DNA of 55,260 bases from Oligoflexales bacterium (GCA_041736175.1 JBGSUI010000109.1:1-55260); one strand, 5' to 3'; shown: positions 29,656-39,742, counted from the first letter of the stretch. Made by a program: numbers and translations. Notes: generated by a model not told the origin, from the sequence alone.

Positions 29656-30612
29656 TCATTGTATTTTTCCTTTTATAGTTTCTCCATTTTGAGTTTTCGC
29701 CTCATAGGTCGGATCACTAGACCCAAAGGTCACGGTTCCTGACCAATTATTAAGGGTAAACTCTACAGAACCATCTGTAAAAAACTCACTATTAAAAGTC
29801 GCTTTAGTGTCTTTATAGGAACCTTTAAACGTAATATCTTTGACACTATTCACAACATAAGACTTAGTCTCTTTACTATAAAACATACATCCATCTTCAA
29901 TCGAAGATTCTTTGTCAGTCGTTTTAATGGTACAAGGAGCCCCGTCTTTTTTCATGCGAGCGATCCGCATCGCGCTTTTAGTAAGCGTCTTACTGTCAAC
30001 ACCATAATGTTCAAAATCCATCTTTATATTGAGCAGATCGCTAACTTCAGAAGATTTACAGTAACTGAATACGTCTTTCGCAAGAACCTCACGCTCCGAT
30101 TTATCGACCAAACTCTTAAACCCATCTTCCTTGCAATGTCTTAAGAGTTTTCCCTTGAAATTCAGTTTGATTTTCTGATTATTGTGTGTGGTATCACAGT
30201 CGTCAATCTCCAAGCTGCTGTCAATCAAACTATTGGTAACCTTTACATTGGGCTCGCGCATTTTTTTGCTACAGTCATCTAAAACTTTAGGTTCCTCTGC
30301 TTTTGATGGTTTGTTAAGGAAAGCTTGGCGCAGATCCTGTATCACTCTTTGAAATTCAGCCCGTGGTATCGACGTATTATCAGACGAAAAATCGCTGGTG
30401 GATAAAAAGGCTTCGTCTTTAGGCGCGGGATTCTGTTCATCAACTTTGTGATTAGTGTCAGTCTCGGTTTTACCAAGACTGCTTTGCTTTTGGGAATTAA
30501 ACTGGGGAGGTTTGCTTGTCTTTGGCTTACAAGCTATAACTGTAGGTAACATGATAAGCATACCCAGAATGACCAATGGAATAAAAACAGATGTTTTAGG
30601 AGGTTGATTCAT
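29656..30612 (-). CDS. Uncharacterised Cys/Lys-rich lipoprotein
   Basis: Signal ending VIAC; AAGG RBS; beta-rich C-terminus; directly upstream of the protease. Confidence 0.75.
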   Translation of the reverse strand: MNQPPKTSVFIPLVILGMLIMLPTVIACKPKTSKPPQFNSQKQSSLGKTETDTNHKVDEQNPAPKDEAFLSTSDFSSDNTSIPRAEFQRVIQDLRQAFLNKPSKAEEPKVLDDCSKKMREPNVKVTNSLIDSSLEIDDCDTTHNNQKIKLNFKGKLLRHCKEDGFKSLVDKSEREVLAKDVFSYCKSSEVSDLLNIKMDFEHYGVDSKTLTKSAMRIARMKKDGAPCTIKTTDKESSIEDGCMFYSKETKSYVVNSVKDITFKGSYKDTKATFNSEFFTDGSVEFTLNNWSGTVTFGSSDPTYEAKTQNGETIKGKIQ

Positions 30613-30664
30613 TGTTTTATACCTTAATCGATTTAATTTTCTAATAAAAATCTAAGAAATATGA

Positions 30665-30680
30665 AGCAATTTACATGCCA
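30665..30680 (-). promoter_or_regulatory. Putative sigma54 promoter
   Basis: Minus strand reads TGGCATGTAAATTGCT, about 53 bp upstream of 30612. Confidence 0.68.
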
Positions 30681-30967
30681 TGTTTCCTACAGGCATTTTC
30701 CCTGTATTCTCGATCAGTCTTTAGACTCGCTCCAGTGCTGGCATGTCAATTTTTTAGCTAAAACGTCTAAAATATGCTCAGTCGGAACTTTTTCGGTTCT
30801 TCACTGGGTAGAGTCATACTCTAAAAATTAGCAAAAAAATGACTAAAAAAACCTCACCTAATGGACTCCATTCTTGGGGATGATCTAATTCCTAAATATG
30901 TTGCTTAATTTTTAGTGTATTAGGGATTGGGACTCCCGTTTTTAATAAGATTGCGATCACCAAGCCC

Positions 30968-30994
30968 TTCAGAATCGAGCCAACGAGCCGATAA
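30968..30994 (+). promoter_or_regulatory. Putative sigma28-type promoter
   Basis: Perfect -10 GCCGATAA (30987-30994) with a weak -35 (TTCA, 15-bp spacer) upstream of 31069. Confidence 0.4.
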
Positions 30995-31068
30995 CCTCTA
31001 AGGTGGGTTATTTTATAAGACCCGGATCTCAGCTAGCTTGTTTCTAGCTAAAAGGAAGCCTAACTCGG

Positions 31069-32112
31069 ATGATAAAGACCCTACTGACCACATACGTCCT
31101 AATGATTGGCTGGTTGATGGCTGAGCCAGCGATCATGGGGGCTCCCGTCCAAACACCGAAAGCACCCCTTCAGGATGATGACCAAAACCAGAGCTTCAAT
31201 GGTCTATGGCGCGTTAAACTGATCAGGGCATCGCTGGTCAATAATATCGATACCCTAAACATGTCGCCTCCCACGGTCTTAAATCGTTCTATAAATTCCC
31301 TCGTCTCTGTCGGGGAGACCTCGTCCTATGGCCTCAGGTGTCACATCCAGCAAGTCACACCGGACGACCAAGGAATCCTCCGCCGCCTGAGCAAAGGGGA
31401 CAAAAACGATTTTGCCTACCAAGAACTTCGCCAGGCGCTCAAAACCTGTGAGCAGAATGATTTCAAATCGGTTTCTGAAAAATTTATCAACTCACTCAAA
31501 GAAGTAAAAGTCACCTGCGAACCAAGTCCTAGTCATCCAGATGGGGGCCGTGGTCTAAAATCCCTCACCCACATCACCATGCTTTCAAAAAAATATGCCC
31601 TTGGTCATCTAAACAACGATTATATTTGCCTCGAGCGACTTCCACCCCTTAGCTCTGAGCCCGTAAAACTAGCCTCCTACAAGAATTTGGTCGGACAGGA
31701 AAACTCACCTCTCAGCCCCAAAAAAATTGACCCACCCAGTGACAAGACCAGCAAAATGACATCTAAAAACTCTACCTTGACCCCCTGGTCCCTTACCTGT
31801 CCGGAGCCTAGTTTTATCGAAAAACATGCCGACGAATCCATCTTAGCAAGCTACTTAAATCGCAGCTCCCTAAACGCGATCGACGCTGTCGAGGCTGCCT
31901 TTAAGACCTGCAAAATAACCCTTAGCAATTCGCCCTTAAAAAAAATCCGTCTCATGAGGCATTTTGAAGTGCTCTGCGGCGACCAGCTCCTAACGCCGCC
32001 CCAAGATGACAAACACTTGCAGTGGTTTTCCGTCACCCCGCAAAACCAGGTGCTTGTGGCGACTGCTGATCAGTTTTATTGTTTCTCAAAGAGTAAACAT
32101 TTAGCCCACTAA
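31069..32112 (+). CDS. Secreted protein with two tandem four-Cys domains
   Basis: Signal peptide; internal similarity ELRQALKTC...VKVTC...YICL versus AVEAAFKTC...FEVLC...FYCF. Confidence 0.68.
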   Translation: MIKTLLTTYVLMIGWLMAEPAIMGAPVQTPKAPLQDDDQNQSFNGLWRVKLIRASLVNNIDTLNMSPPTVLNRSINSLVSVGETSSYGLRCHIQQVTPDDQGILRRLSKGDKNDFAYQELRQALKTCEQNDFKSVSEKFINSLKEVKVTCEPSPSHPDGGRGLKSLTHITMLSKKYALGHLNNDYICLERLPPLSSEPVKLASYKNLVGQENSPLSPKKIDPPSDKTSKMTSKNSTLTPWSLTCPEPSFIEKHADESILASYLNRSSLNAIDAVEAAFKTCKITLSNSPLKKIRLMRHFEVLCGDQLLTPPQDDKHLQWFSVTPQNQVLVATADQFYCFSKSKHLAH

Positions 32113-32139
32113 ACAATTTTCAAGATCTGTTTAGACGAT

Positions 32140-33252
32140 TTATTTTTGTTTTAAACTTTCGCCCCAGACTGCTTGCAGCCGTTGGTCCCGTCCACAGGAA
32201 TGTCGGTAGTACTTATATCGGATAGGGTTTTTTTGGTAATATTTTTGGTGATATTCTTCTGCCGGGTAAAAGACGGAAGCCTCTAAGATAGGCGTGACTA
32301 TTTTTTTGTTTGCAAATTTTTGGCTCTGTTGCCACCGGTCTTTAGACACTGTTGCCGACTTTAACTGCTCGGGTGAGTTTACAAATATAGCCGCACGATA
32401 CTGGGGACCGCGATCACAAAACTGGCCGTCGCCGTCGAGGGGATCAACCTGCAACCAGTAAGTCTTTAGCAGTTCGTCGTAACTTATGATTTTCGGGTCG
32501 TAAGTCACCTCGATCACCTCATAGTGACCTGTGTTTCCACCGGAGACCTCCTCATAGTTAGGCTTGGGCTTTTGCCCACCACTGTAGCCTGAAACAACCG
32601 ATAGGACTCCTTTCAACGCGTCAAAGGGCGGCTCCATACACCAAAAACAACCACCTGCAAAGACTGCCTTGGTCGCAGCCTTTTTCTCGGAAGCATCAGG
32701 ACTCTTAAAGAGGGACAAATAAGCTCCATACCCTGCCTTGTCCAAATCAGCGACCGGTACAAAACGCAGAGCGGCTGAGTTCATACAGTAACGCAGCCCG
32801 GTAGGTTTTGGCCCGTCCTCAAACACATGTCCTAGGTGGGAACCACCAATCTTGGATTTAACCTCTGTCCTTACACCAAAAAACCCCCGGTCTTGGTGCC
32901 GTGTGATCAGGTCATCAGCAAGGGGCCGGGTAAAACTGGGCCATCCGGTCCCAGAGTCATACTTATCGAGGGAGCTAAACAGCGGCTCACCAGTAACGAT
33001 ATCCACGTAGAGGCCAGCATCTTTAAGGTCCCAGTAGGCATTTTTAAAGGGAGTTTCTGTACCCATCTCTTGGGTGACTTTAAACTGCTCGGGCGTCAGC
33101 TTTTTCTTGATCTCCTCCGTAGGTGGCTTACGGTATGGACTTCCCTGAGGCTCAGCAGGTGCCATCGTTCCCCAAAAACCCGTCCCCAAAAATCCCAGGA
33201 TCATGATCCGGACTATGTTCACGATAAATCTATCAACAGCTCCCATTTTCAT
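32140..33252 (-). CDS. msrAB: Exported bifunctional peptide methionine sulfoxide reductase (MsrB then MsrA)
   Basis: Msr[21 protein letters not shown]; Msr[19 protein letters not shown]-terminal signal. Confidence 0.95.
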   Translation of the reverse strand: MKMGAVDRFIVNIVRIMILGFLGTGFWGTMAPAEPQGSPYRKPPTEEIKKKLTPEQFKVTQEMGTETPFKNAYWDLKDAGLYVDIVTGEPLFSSLDKYDSGTGWPSFTRPLADDLITRHQDRGFFGVRTEVKSKIGGSHLGHVFEDGPKPTGLRYCMNSAALRFVPVADLDKAGYGAYLSLFKSPDASEKKAATKAVFAGGCFWCMEPPFDALKGVLSVVSGYSGGQKPKPNYEEVSGGNTGHYEVIEVTYDPKIISYDELLKTYWLQVDPLDGDGQFCDRGPQYRAAIFVNSPEQLKSATVSKDRWQQSQKFANKKIVTPILEASVFYPAEEYHQKYYQKNPIRYKYYRHSCGRDQRLQAVWGESLKQK

Positions 33253-33316
33253 CTTGAATCCCTCCCCATTCTATAACTGCTCAAAAAAAATGGCCCAAGA
33301 GGCCCAGCTCCATGGT

Positions 33317-33706
33317 CTATATCTTTGACGTGGATTTTTTAAATTCTGATAGTAAAACACCATCAGCTGTAAGCAACGTAAACTCACCTCTCTTCGCCTG
33401 AGAGAGGAGCATAAGATCGAAGGGGTCTTTATGTTCCGATTGCATTTTCATCCGCTGAAAATGAAGGATATCAACGGAATTTATGTCTAAAACGCCACCC
33501 AAGGCTCTCTGAGAGAGATCGATTAATTCTTTTAAGGGAATGGAAAGTTCTAGCTTCCCTTTTAGGGTCTTTATGGCGATCTCCCAAAAATTAATGACAG
33601 ACGCATGAACATCGTAGGCATCAATCAGATTCTGAATTTTTTTAGCTCTTTCATCATGACCAAGGGCATAAATGAGAGCGCAGGTGTCTAGAAGATAACG
33701 TTTCAT
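33317..33706 (-). CDS. vapC: VapC-family PIN domain toxin
   Basis: YLLDTCALI, INFWEIAIK, HKDPFD, LLTAD; ATGA overlap with the antitoxin. Confidence 0.9.
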   Translation of the reverse strand: MKRYLLDTCALIYALGHDERAKKIQNLIDAYDVHASVINFWEIAIKTLKGKLELSIPLKELIDLSQRALGGVLDINSVDILHFQRMKMQSEHKDPFDLMLLSQAKRGEFTLLTADGVLLSEFKKSTSKI

Positions 33707-33936
33707 GCGAGATCCTTCCACTCCTCTGGTAGATAACGATCAAAATCCTCCGACATCTTTGCTTTTTTGTCTACTCCCAGTAGCTTTGGTCTATTTGGTG
33801 TTTCCCTATAAAGGCGAATTTCCGCAACCGGAATATCGCCCGAGCAGATAACGATGCGATCCTCTTTTCCTTCCCTTAACAGCCGTAGGACCATAGAAAG
33901 GTTATCTTTAACTTCTTTTGTCTTCATACGTCTCAT
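33703..33936 (-). CDS. Phd/YefM-family antitoxin
   Basis: EVKDNLSMVL...IVICSGDIPVAEI...MSEDFDRYLPEEW; GGAG RBS; coupled to the PIN gene. Confidence 0.85.
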   Translation of the reverse strand: MRRMKTKEVKDNLSMVLRLLREGKEDRIVICSGDIPVAEIRLYRETPNRPKLLGVDKKAKMSEDFDRYLPEEWKDLA

Positions 33937-33951
33937 GGACTCTCCTACAGG

Positions 33952-34004
33952 TAGCTAAGTTAGCTAACATAAACTAAGATAGCTCTAAAACCATACAAAG
34001 TCAA
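33952..34004 (-). promoter_or_regulatory. Sigma70 promoter and operator of the phd-vapC pair
   Basis: Minus strand TTGACT-N17-TATCTT (34004-33976), followed by the palindrome TAGCTA-N3-TAGCTA (33952-33966). Confidence 0.55.
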
Positions 34005-34092
34005 CAATGCTACCTAGAGATCTCAGCGATCATCCTGGTAGCTGGACACTCATATTGCCATCTTGCCATGTCAAATAACATCTCCCAGTGGA

Positions 34093-36234
34093 TTAAGGAA
34101 AAGCTACCACAGCAACATCTTGCTCTAATTCACCTAGTTTCCGGACTTTCATCCCGAGGTTTGAAAACCCGTAGATATAATCGTCCATAAACAAAGATCT
34201 AGTAGCGAACCCGCGGGGTCCAGACTGAAAGTTCGGGGTAAAAAGACCCACATCGATCGATCCGAGGGCTTTGATGATGGGTCCATTTTTAACATCAAAC
34301 ACAAGAATACTGGACTCTTGTTTTGCCAAACCATTGGGGGCGGCGTTCCTATAGCCATTCATCGGGATGGCGAGGACTCCCTTCTGGTCATAATAAGTAA
34401 ATGCTTTATGGTTTCTCTCAGCCTCGGAGCTATTCCACCCACGGTTTTCGATCACAAAAGATTTGACCTCTTTGGGCAGAGCCAGGTTGCTGACATCAAA
34501 GACTGAAAGTTTGGTATTGGCGGTGCTCACGCCGGTTCCCCCGCGGCCTATGGTCAAGAGAGTGTTGTCGTCCATCATATGGATGTAGCTGGAAAAGCCA
34601 GGTATTTTCAACTCTCCCACGACCTTTGGTTGGGTCGGATCCTTAAGGTCGAGGGTGAAAAGGGGATCGACCTGTCTAAAGGTGACAAGAAACCCTCGGG
34701 GACCGGCAAAGCGGACGCTATAGATGCGCTCCCCTTGGGCGAGATTCGGTGTGGCTCCTCGGGTTTCAAGCACTCCTTCGCCTTCAGAAAGAACGCTTAT
34801 TTTGTTTATGTTTTGACGGGTTTGAGGATCTTGTGCTGTAGCGGCGACACGAAGAAATCCTTGGTACTCATCCATGGAAAATTGGTTGAGTAAGACTCCA
34901 TCGACTTGGCCAGATCCCCTATAAAGTGAGTTTCCAGAGGACTCCCAGTTGAATTTATGCAGAACAGTACCTTGTTGATTTTTGCCATCGGGGAAATGAA
35001 GCGTCGAAAGATAGAGTGACTCCTGGGAGGCGTAGAGTCCATTGACCTTTGATAACAGCACCGTTTCTAAGGGGAGTTCCACACCTTTTTTTATGGTGAT
35101 GATGCGGCTGATCCCAAGATCGGTTTCATAGTTGGGTCCATAGACTTTTTCGCAAAGGCCGATTTGTGGTCCAGTCCCATTGGGGTCACCGGTTCGCAAC
35201 CAATCTTGGATCGTCTTGGCTTGGATTCTTTTTTTATAGACCTCGACAAGGTCACGAACGAGCTGTTCGATCTCAGCAGCATTAACTGGATCAAAGGACA
35301 AAGTGTCTATGGCTCCCTGGACGATTCGATCCATAAACGTGTTTAACTGGCCGAATGGTTCCGTCACCACCAGTCGGAGGTCGTCGCCGATCTTACGGGA
35401 AGACAAGTAGGTGCCGCGGAAGGAGCGTGTGGACAGAATGCTTGGAGTTTGAGGATTCGATGTATCCACAGTGGTTACTACAACCACTGGCTCTAAAGCT
35501 AGAGCAAGTGGGAAGCCAGGTTCCGCACGACTAAATCCAGGGTTTGAAGCCAAAATATTCTCCCCGTTAGGCACCCCACTTGAGGAGATGACCTGCGCTT
35601 GGCCTGCGTCGCTGACGTACATTTCTAAAGGAGTTCCCTCAATCTTCATAGAGCCCAAAAACTTAGCTTGGTTTGCTGGCCATCCGAGCATGATATTGAG
35701 TTTGCCACCGGCGAGTTGGTAGATGCGGTCTCCTTGGGTTTTAACCAGATCCGCCTCTTCGACGCCAGCCACCTGGTTGTTAGTACCAGTGGTGGTCGTA
35801 GGAGTGGAGGATTCTGGTGCAGAGGTTTTTGCAGATCCGCTAGATGAAGTTTCAGAAATTGTATTGTTTTCGATAGTTCTGCTTGGAACAGGGAAACCTT
35901 CCCTTTGTTCGAGCCTCGCTTTAAGAGATTTTTCCAGTTTTTGGATCATCCGGTCTTCGATCCACTGTTCCGTTTCGCTACAGTCTTTAAAAACCACAAT
36001 AGCCTTGCTTAGCTCTAGGGGCCCTGGTTGCGTTTCTAGGCCTGGCTTTACCTGTGAGCCCCGATGGTCTTTGTCTGGTTGGTTGCCCAAAGCCTTATCC
36101 GCCTGATGTTTTATCTCGCCACAAGACCAAAGGGTCGTAGAGACACCCCCTAAGAGTACATAGGATGTTAGGCAAGATGCCGCGTAAGATTTCAGGTTGA
36201 TGCCGATAATCTGCTTTTGCTTTGCTTTATTCAT
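34093..36234 (-). CDS. Secreted beta-propeller domain lipoprotein (Beta_propel family)
   Basis: TNNQVAGVEEADLVKT, LLNQFSMDEYQGFLRVA, GERIYSVRF, VTFRQVDPLF, ELKIPGFSSYIH. Start at 36234 (GGAG RBS). Confidence 0.88.
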   Translation of the reverse strand: MNKAKQKQIIGINLKSYAASCLTSYVLLGGVSTTLWSCGEIKHQADKALGNQPDKDHRGSQVKPGLETQPGPLELSKAIVVFKDCSETEQWIEDRMIQKLEKSLKARLEQREGFPVPSRTIENNTISETSSSGSAKTSAPESSTPTTTTGTNNQVAGVEEADLVKTQGDRIYQLAGGKLNIMLGWPANQAKFLGSMKIEGTPLEMYVSDAGQAQVISSSGVPNGENILASNPGFSRAEPGFPLALALEPVVVVTTVDTSNPQTPSILSTRSFRGTYLSSRKIGDDLRLVVTEPFGQLNTFMDRIVQGAIDTLSFDPVNAAEIEQLVRDLVEVYKKRIQAKTIQDWLRTGDPNGTGPQIGLCEKVYGPNYETDLGISRIITIKKGVELPLETVLLSKVNGLYASQESLYLSTLHFPDGKNQQGTVLHKFNWESSGNSLYRGSGQVDGVLLNQFSMDEYQGFLRVAATAQDPQTRQNINKISVLSEGEGVLETRGATPNLAQGERIYSVRFAGPRGFLVTFRQVDPLFTLDLKDPTQPKVVGELKIPGFSSYIHMMDDNTLLTIGRGGTGVSTANTKLSVFDVSNLALPKEVKSFVIENRGWNSSEAERNHKAFTYYDQKGVLAIPMNGYRNAAPNGLAKQESSILVFDVKNGPIIKALGSIDVGLFTPNFQSGPRGFATRSLFMDDYIYGFSNLGMKVRKLGELEQDVAVVAFP

Positions 36235-36490
36235 GAATTTCTCCAATGATAATGGTTTATATGGCCTTAACAAGTCCGTCCAAGCCAAGGCTGGCGTAAT
36301 TCATTTTTCGGTCTTTTGGCGGCTTTTATGGACCCGTCGGGGACATATAGCGTATTCCGGCGTATTCCAGCTATCATTGGGTCTGGATAAGCTTGGGGAG
36401 CTACCTCTCCAGGAGTGGCTGCATCGCGCCCCTCGATAATCCGGGCGTAGACCCCAATCCGCTATCGCCAACCGTGGTCAGAGAGCATCC

Positions 36491-36524
36491 TTGTCGAACC
36501 TTAAAATATACTTTAAAATATACT
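36491..36524 (+). promoter_or_regulatory. Sigma70 promoter with a tandem 12-bp operator-like repeat for the mazEF-like pair
   Basis: TTGTCG-N17-TAAAAT; TTAAAATATACT occurs twice (36501-36524) over the -10 box. Confidence 0.55.
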
Positions 36525-36539
36525 AGGAGGTATATTCTG

Positions 36540-36776
36540 ATGGGTAAGCCATTGACAATACAAGAAGAAGATGACCGGCAAATCGAAGAATTAAAGAAAA
36601 AGACCGGCGCTCAGACGAAAATCGCGGTGCTTCGCATGGCTTTAGCACTCCTTGAAAAGGAAGTGGAAAGACAAGACCGTGTGAAACGTTGGCACAAGGC
36701 AGTCAAAATGGTCGCCGATGAAAGTGCAGAGGTTAATGCCGAGTTTAGACGAAACAGCCGAATAAAACGGACCTAA
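36540..36776 (+). CDS. Putative ribbon-helix-helix antitoxin
   Basis: AGGAGG RBS then MGKPLTIQEEDDRQIEELKKKTGAQTKIAVLRMAL; ends 1 bp before the MazF gene. Confidence 0.75.
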   Translation: MGKPLTIQEEDDRQIEELKKKTGAQTKIAVLRMALALLEKEVERQDRVKRWHKAVKMVADESAEVNAEFRRNSRIKRT

Positions 36777-36777
36777 C

Positions 36778-37125
36778 GTGACACCATTACAATGGCATCT
36801 TTACGTCGTGGATCTTGAGCCCAGAGTCGGTACAAAGCCGGGCAAGCAGAGACCAGTATTAGCGGTGCAGCCATCTGAATTTGGAGAGGCCGGCCTACAA
36901 AGTACTGTCATTATCCCAATCACCTCTAAGATCGTGGATGAGGGTGCTTTTCCTCTTAGAGTTAGGATTCCAATGGGATTAACTAACCTTAGGGCCCCCA
37001 GCGACCTTTTGATCGATCAAATTCTCGCCTGGGACAATAGTTTGTTTCGAAGGGATTTAGGGGAAATCCCGGTTGAACTTCGCGAGAGGGTCAGGGCTGC
37101 GCTACGCGAGTTCCTGGAATTGTAA
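36778..37125 (+). CDS. mazF: PemK/MazF-family endoribonuclease toxin
   Basis: VDLEPRVGTKPGKQRPVLAVQ, TVIIPITS, SDLLIDQILAWD. Confidence 0.9.
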   Translation: MTPLQWHLYVVDLEPRVGTKPGKQRPVLAVQPSEFGEAGLQSTVIIPITSKIVDEGAFPLRVRIPMGLTNLRAPSDLLIDQILAWDNSLFRRDLGEIPVELRERVRAALREFLEL

Positions 37126-37127
37126 AA

Positions 37128-37354
37128 CGAATTGTCGTTAACAGAGCGAGCCCAAAACAGCAAATCATCACATGAGTTAGGATATTTTTGTCTAACTGGA
37201 CACTTATCGGATTAAGATTCAAAACACTCTTTGAGAGCCTCAAACAACGCTCGATCAGGTCTTTGGCAAAATAATAGTGTGCCAATTCTTTCGAAGTCAT
37301 ATTCGTATTAGTAAACATGAAAGACAAACCGTCTAAACTTACACAATCTCGCAA
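37128..37354 (-). mobile_element. IS1634-like transposase C-terminal fragment
   Basis: FTNTNMTSKELAHYY...IERCLRLSKSVLNLNPI...ILTHVMICCFGLAL matches the Y..IE..FR..K..L..RP....HV.IC pattern; no N-terminal part. Confidence 0.7.
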
Positions 37355-37706
37355 TTAAAAAGACCTCGATTTATCTTTAAGTGGTTGGTGATAGTCAAGG
37401 TGTGTCGAGTAATCAGCATACTGACAATATCATTTACAGCGAAAAAATCGATTCTTTCGACCCAATGATCGGTAGCAAAATGAGCAAAAAATAACGCAAT
37501 ACCTCTGTCTATTGCCGCCTAATGGCAAAGTGTCGGATTCTTCGTCAGGCGTGTAACCGGTGGACCGGAACCTGAGCGCTGTAATAGCGAGCAGAAAGCA
37601 ATTCAGCCTGATCCGGTCGAGACAATAGATTACGGCGCAAACGTGGCAAAGGTGTTGGGGCAAACTTCGACCCGGAGCCGCTGAGTTCCTCACTGGCTGT
37701 ATATCA

Positions 37707-37722
37707 TGGCACGTTTCATGCA
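37707..37722 (+). promoter_or_regulatory. Putative sigma54 promoter
   Basis: TGGCACGTTTCATGCA, about 95 bp upstream of 37817. Confidence 0.6.
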
Positions 37723-37816
37723 AGCTTTATCTACATGAGCAATAAAGCTTTCTCATGTTAATCGGCACCGAACTTAAATTACAACAATTCAAAAGAATAA
37801 GGATAAATAAAAAATT

Positions 37817-39052
37817 ATGAATAAAAAAATTTGTCTTATGATTAATATATTGTTTATTATATTTACGATTGGATGCCATAGTAAAGATGTGACTTCCAAT
37901 TCAAGTCACCTCAATACCAAATTGCTTCCAAGCCAGAATGGAGCGATTTCAATTCCACGGAAGCTTAATGAAAAGGAACTCAGGGAATTTAGTAAAATGT
38001 TTCGCGAAAAATATCGTGCGATAAGTCCGCCAGGAAACTATCAAGGGGCCTTTGTGGATGCCTTAAAGGTGACAGTCGGACAAATACCTGCGCGTCGGAG
38101 CCAGATAATCCCAGTCGTGACGGATGTCATTAATAATGATCTCATATCGTGCGGGCCCGAACATTGCAAAAAAACATTCTCCCTTGATGCATATGGAATT
38201 GTCCCCGTTTTCGAAAAGGCAAGGATCCAATTGTTAAGGCAGCTCGACAATGAGCCATCATCAGAAAAACAATCATCGCTGCGGGGAATACTCGGATCAC
38301 TCGCTGATGACAGCACACCAGATTTGAATTCTGCGTTTGAAAAAGCCCTGGTTGTTGGCAAAGCTAAAATGCCTATGAATCCTGTTGATGAAAGCACTCT
38401 TGACCTTGCTAAACAGGTGAAGGAATCTCTTCCATGTGATGAACGCGTAGGAATTGCGGATTATGTCATGTTTTATGAAAAATCCATGATTTTCAGCCGA
38501 TTATCAGCAATCCCAGCACCAGGTCAAACAGATGTTATGTTTCCTGGGACCCGCCAGCCGACCGACTATGATAAAAGAGATGCAAAATTTTTTCTGAAGG
38601 GGATATCAAAGTTACCTAAATCCCCGGGTGTTGTCTATAGAGCGGTGGCAAATGCTCCCCAATCTTTTATAGACCATTTGCAAATAAAAGCGGCAAACCA
38701 GCTTTCAACCGGACTCTTCTATAACGGAGCAGCCGCTGTATTAAGTTCCACACATGAACCGGCATTTGCAAACAAGTGGCTCGCCAAAAACCCTCTCCTT
38801 GAAATAGCCAAGACGGATTCTCGTATGAAAAAAGAATGGGGTTTTGATCCCGTTGGCAAACCCTTGCTACTGGTGATTAATCAGAAAAGCGGAGTGGGAT
38901 TGGTCGGTCAATATCCAGGACAAAAAGAGATAGTTTTACCTCCGAAATGGTACAAGGTAGTGCGCTTTGAAAATCGAGATATACCCGATTTGACAGAGCG
39001 AGACCCCCAATGGCCTAACGCCGCTTATGTTGTCTATCTGGACGAAGAGTAA
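37817..39052 (+). CDS. Lipoprotein with a C-terminal R-S-E type ADP-ribosyltransferase domain
   Basis: Signal ending FTIGC; KLPKSPGVVYRAV (R), VLSST (S-x-S/T) and YPGQKEIVLPP (Q-x-E) in the expected order. Confidence 0.72.
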   Translation: MNKKICLMINILFIIFTIGCHSKDVTSNSSHLNTKLLPSQNGAISIPRKLNEKELREFSKMFREKYRAISPPGNYQGAFVDALKVTVGQIPARRSQIIPVVTDVINNDLISCGPEHCKKTFSLDAYGIVPVFEKARIQLLRQLDNEPSSEKQSSLRGILGSLADDSTPDLNSAFEKALVVGKAKMPMNPVDESTLDLAKQVKESLPCDERVGIADYVMFYEKSMIFSRLSAIPAPGQTDVMFPGTRQPTDYDKRDAKFFLKGISKLPKSPGVVYRAVANAPQSFIDHLQIKAANQLSTGLFYNGAAAVLSSTHEPAFANKWLAKNPLLEIAKTDSRMKKEWGFDPVGKPLLLVINQKSGVGLVGQYPGQKEIVLPPKWYKVVRFENRDIPDLTERDPQWPNAAYVVYLDEE

Positions 39053-39207
39053 TGCTGCCGCCTTGTACTGTGGAACCAATCATAAAGATCTTGATTTTAA
39101 TTTTAATCACAAAATTGTGAATATTGGTCATATTGGACTATTACTTCGAAAGTTCCGGAAATTTTCGCCTATGACTTCAGAAATTCCAAGAGCTCTTGAT
39201 CTTATTG

Positions 39208-39278
39208 ACCAGAATTTTTGATTTCAACTGTTCGCAGGTGGATTGTTCAGTTCTGCAAACTTTAAACAGAGGCGGGGA
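39208..39278 (+). repeat. 71-bp imperfect direct repeat, copy 1
   Basis: 62 of 71 positions match 39499-39569 by manual alignment. Confidence 0.9.
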
Positions 39279-39296
39279 AAGTCTGTGGGCTTTTCC

Positions 39297-39475
39297 CGAC
39301 TTGTTTTTTAGCCACCCCACTAAAACTTCCGTCGACAGGGTCGGAGCTCCCCGAAAAACGGTCCACCACCAAGACTTGGTCGAGGTTGAGAATCAGGTCT
39401 TCGAGGGTTTTTTGCCCAGCAGCAATCCGACAACCGAAAGGTCCGCCGGACGTCGCCGTAGACTAGGTGCCACAC
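39297..39475 (-). pseudogene. Diverged internal fragment of tldE/pmbA
   Basis: 39307-39475 aligns without gaps to 41123-41291 with 18 mismatches in 169 nt; contains an in-frame TAG. Confidence 0.92.
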
Positions 39476-39498
39476 ACTCCTAGGAAACCCTATTTAAT

Positions 39499-39569
39499 AC
39501 CAGAATTTTTGATTTCACCTGTTCGCAGAAGGATTGTTCACTTGCGCAACCTTTAAACAGAGGGAGGGA
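39499..39569 (+). repeat. 71-bp imperfect direct repeat, copy 2
   Basis: Aligns to 39208-39278. Confidence 0.9.
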
Positions 39570-39664
39570 CATCCTTAAAAAGCCAAAAAGTAGCTATACA
39601 TCAGCTACTTCTGCCAAAAAAAAAAGCACCATTGATTGCCCTGTCACTTTCACTAAAAATAATT

Positions 39665-39680
39665 TGGCACCAAATTTGCA
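39665..39680 (+). promoter_or_regulatory. Putative sigma54 promoter
   Basis: TGGCACCAAATTTGCA is an exact TGGCAC-N5-TTGCA match, about 63 bp upstream of 39743. Confidence 0.75.
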
Positions 39681-39742
39681 TTTGAACATCACCAGGGCAG
39701 ATTTATTACAGACCGATCGTTACATTTTATGTAGAGGCAGCT

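Noticed and set aside
36290..36490. Protein-like minus-strand frame RIGVYARIIEGRDAATPGEVAPQAYPDPMIAG...
   Set aside because: No start codon, interrupted by a stop and no recognisable family; it may be a gene relic but cannot be supported.
37355..37700. ORF 37430-37723 and other possible relics between the IS fragment and the ART gene
   Set aside because: No RBS or motif, and the frames are interrupted.
39208..39569. CRISPR array
   Set aside because: Only two 71-bp imperfect repeats, a 220-bp interval and no cas genes.
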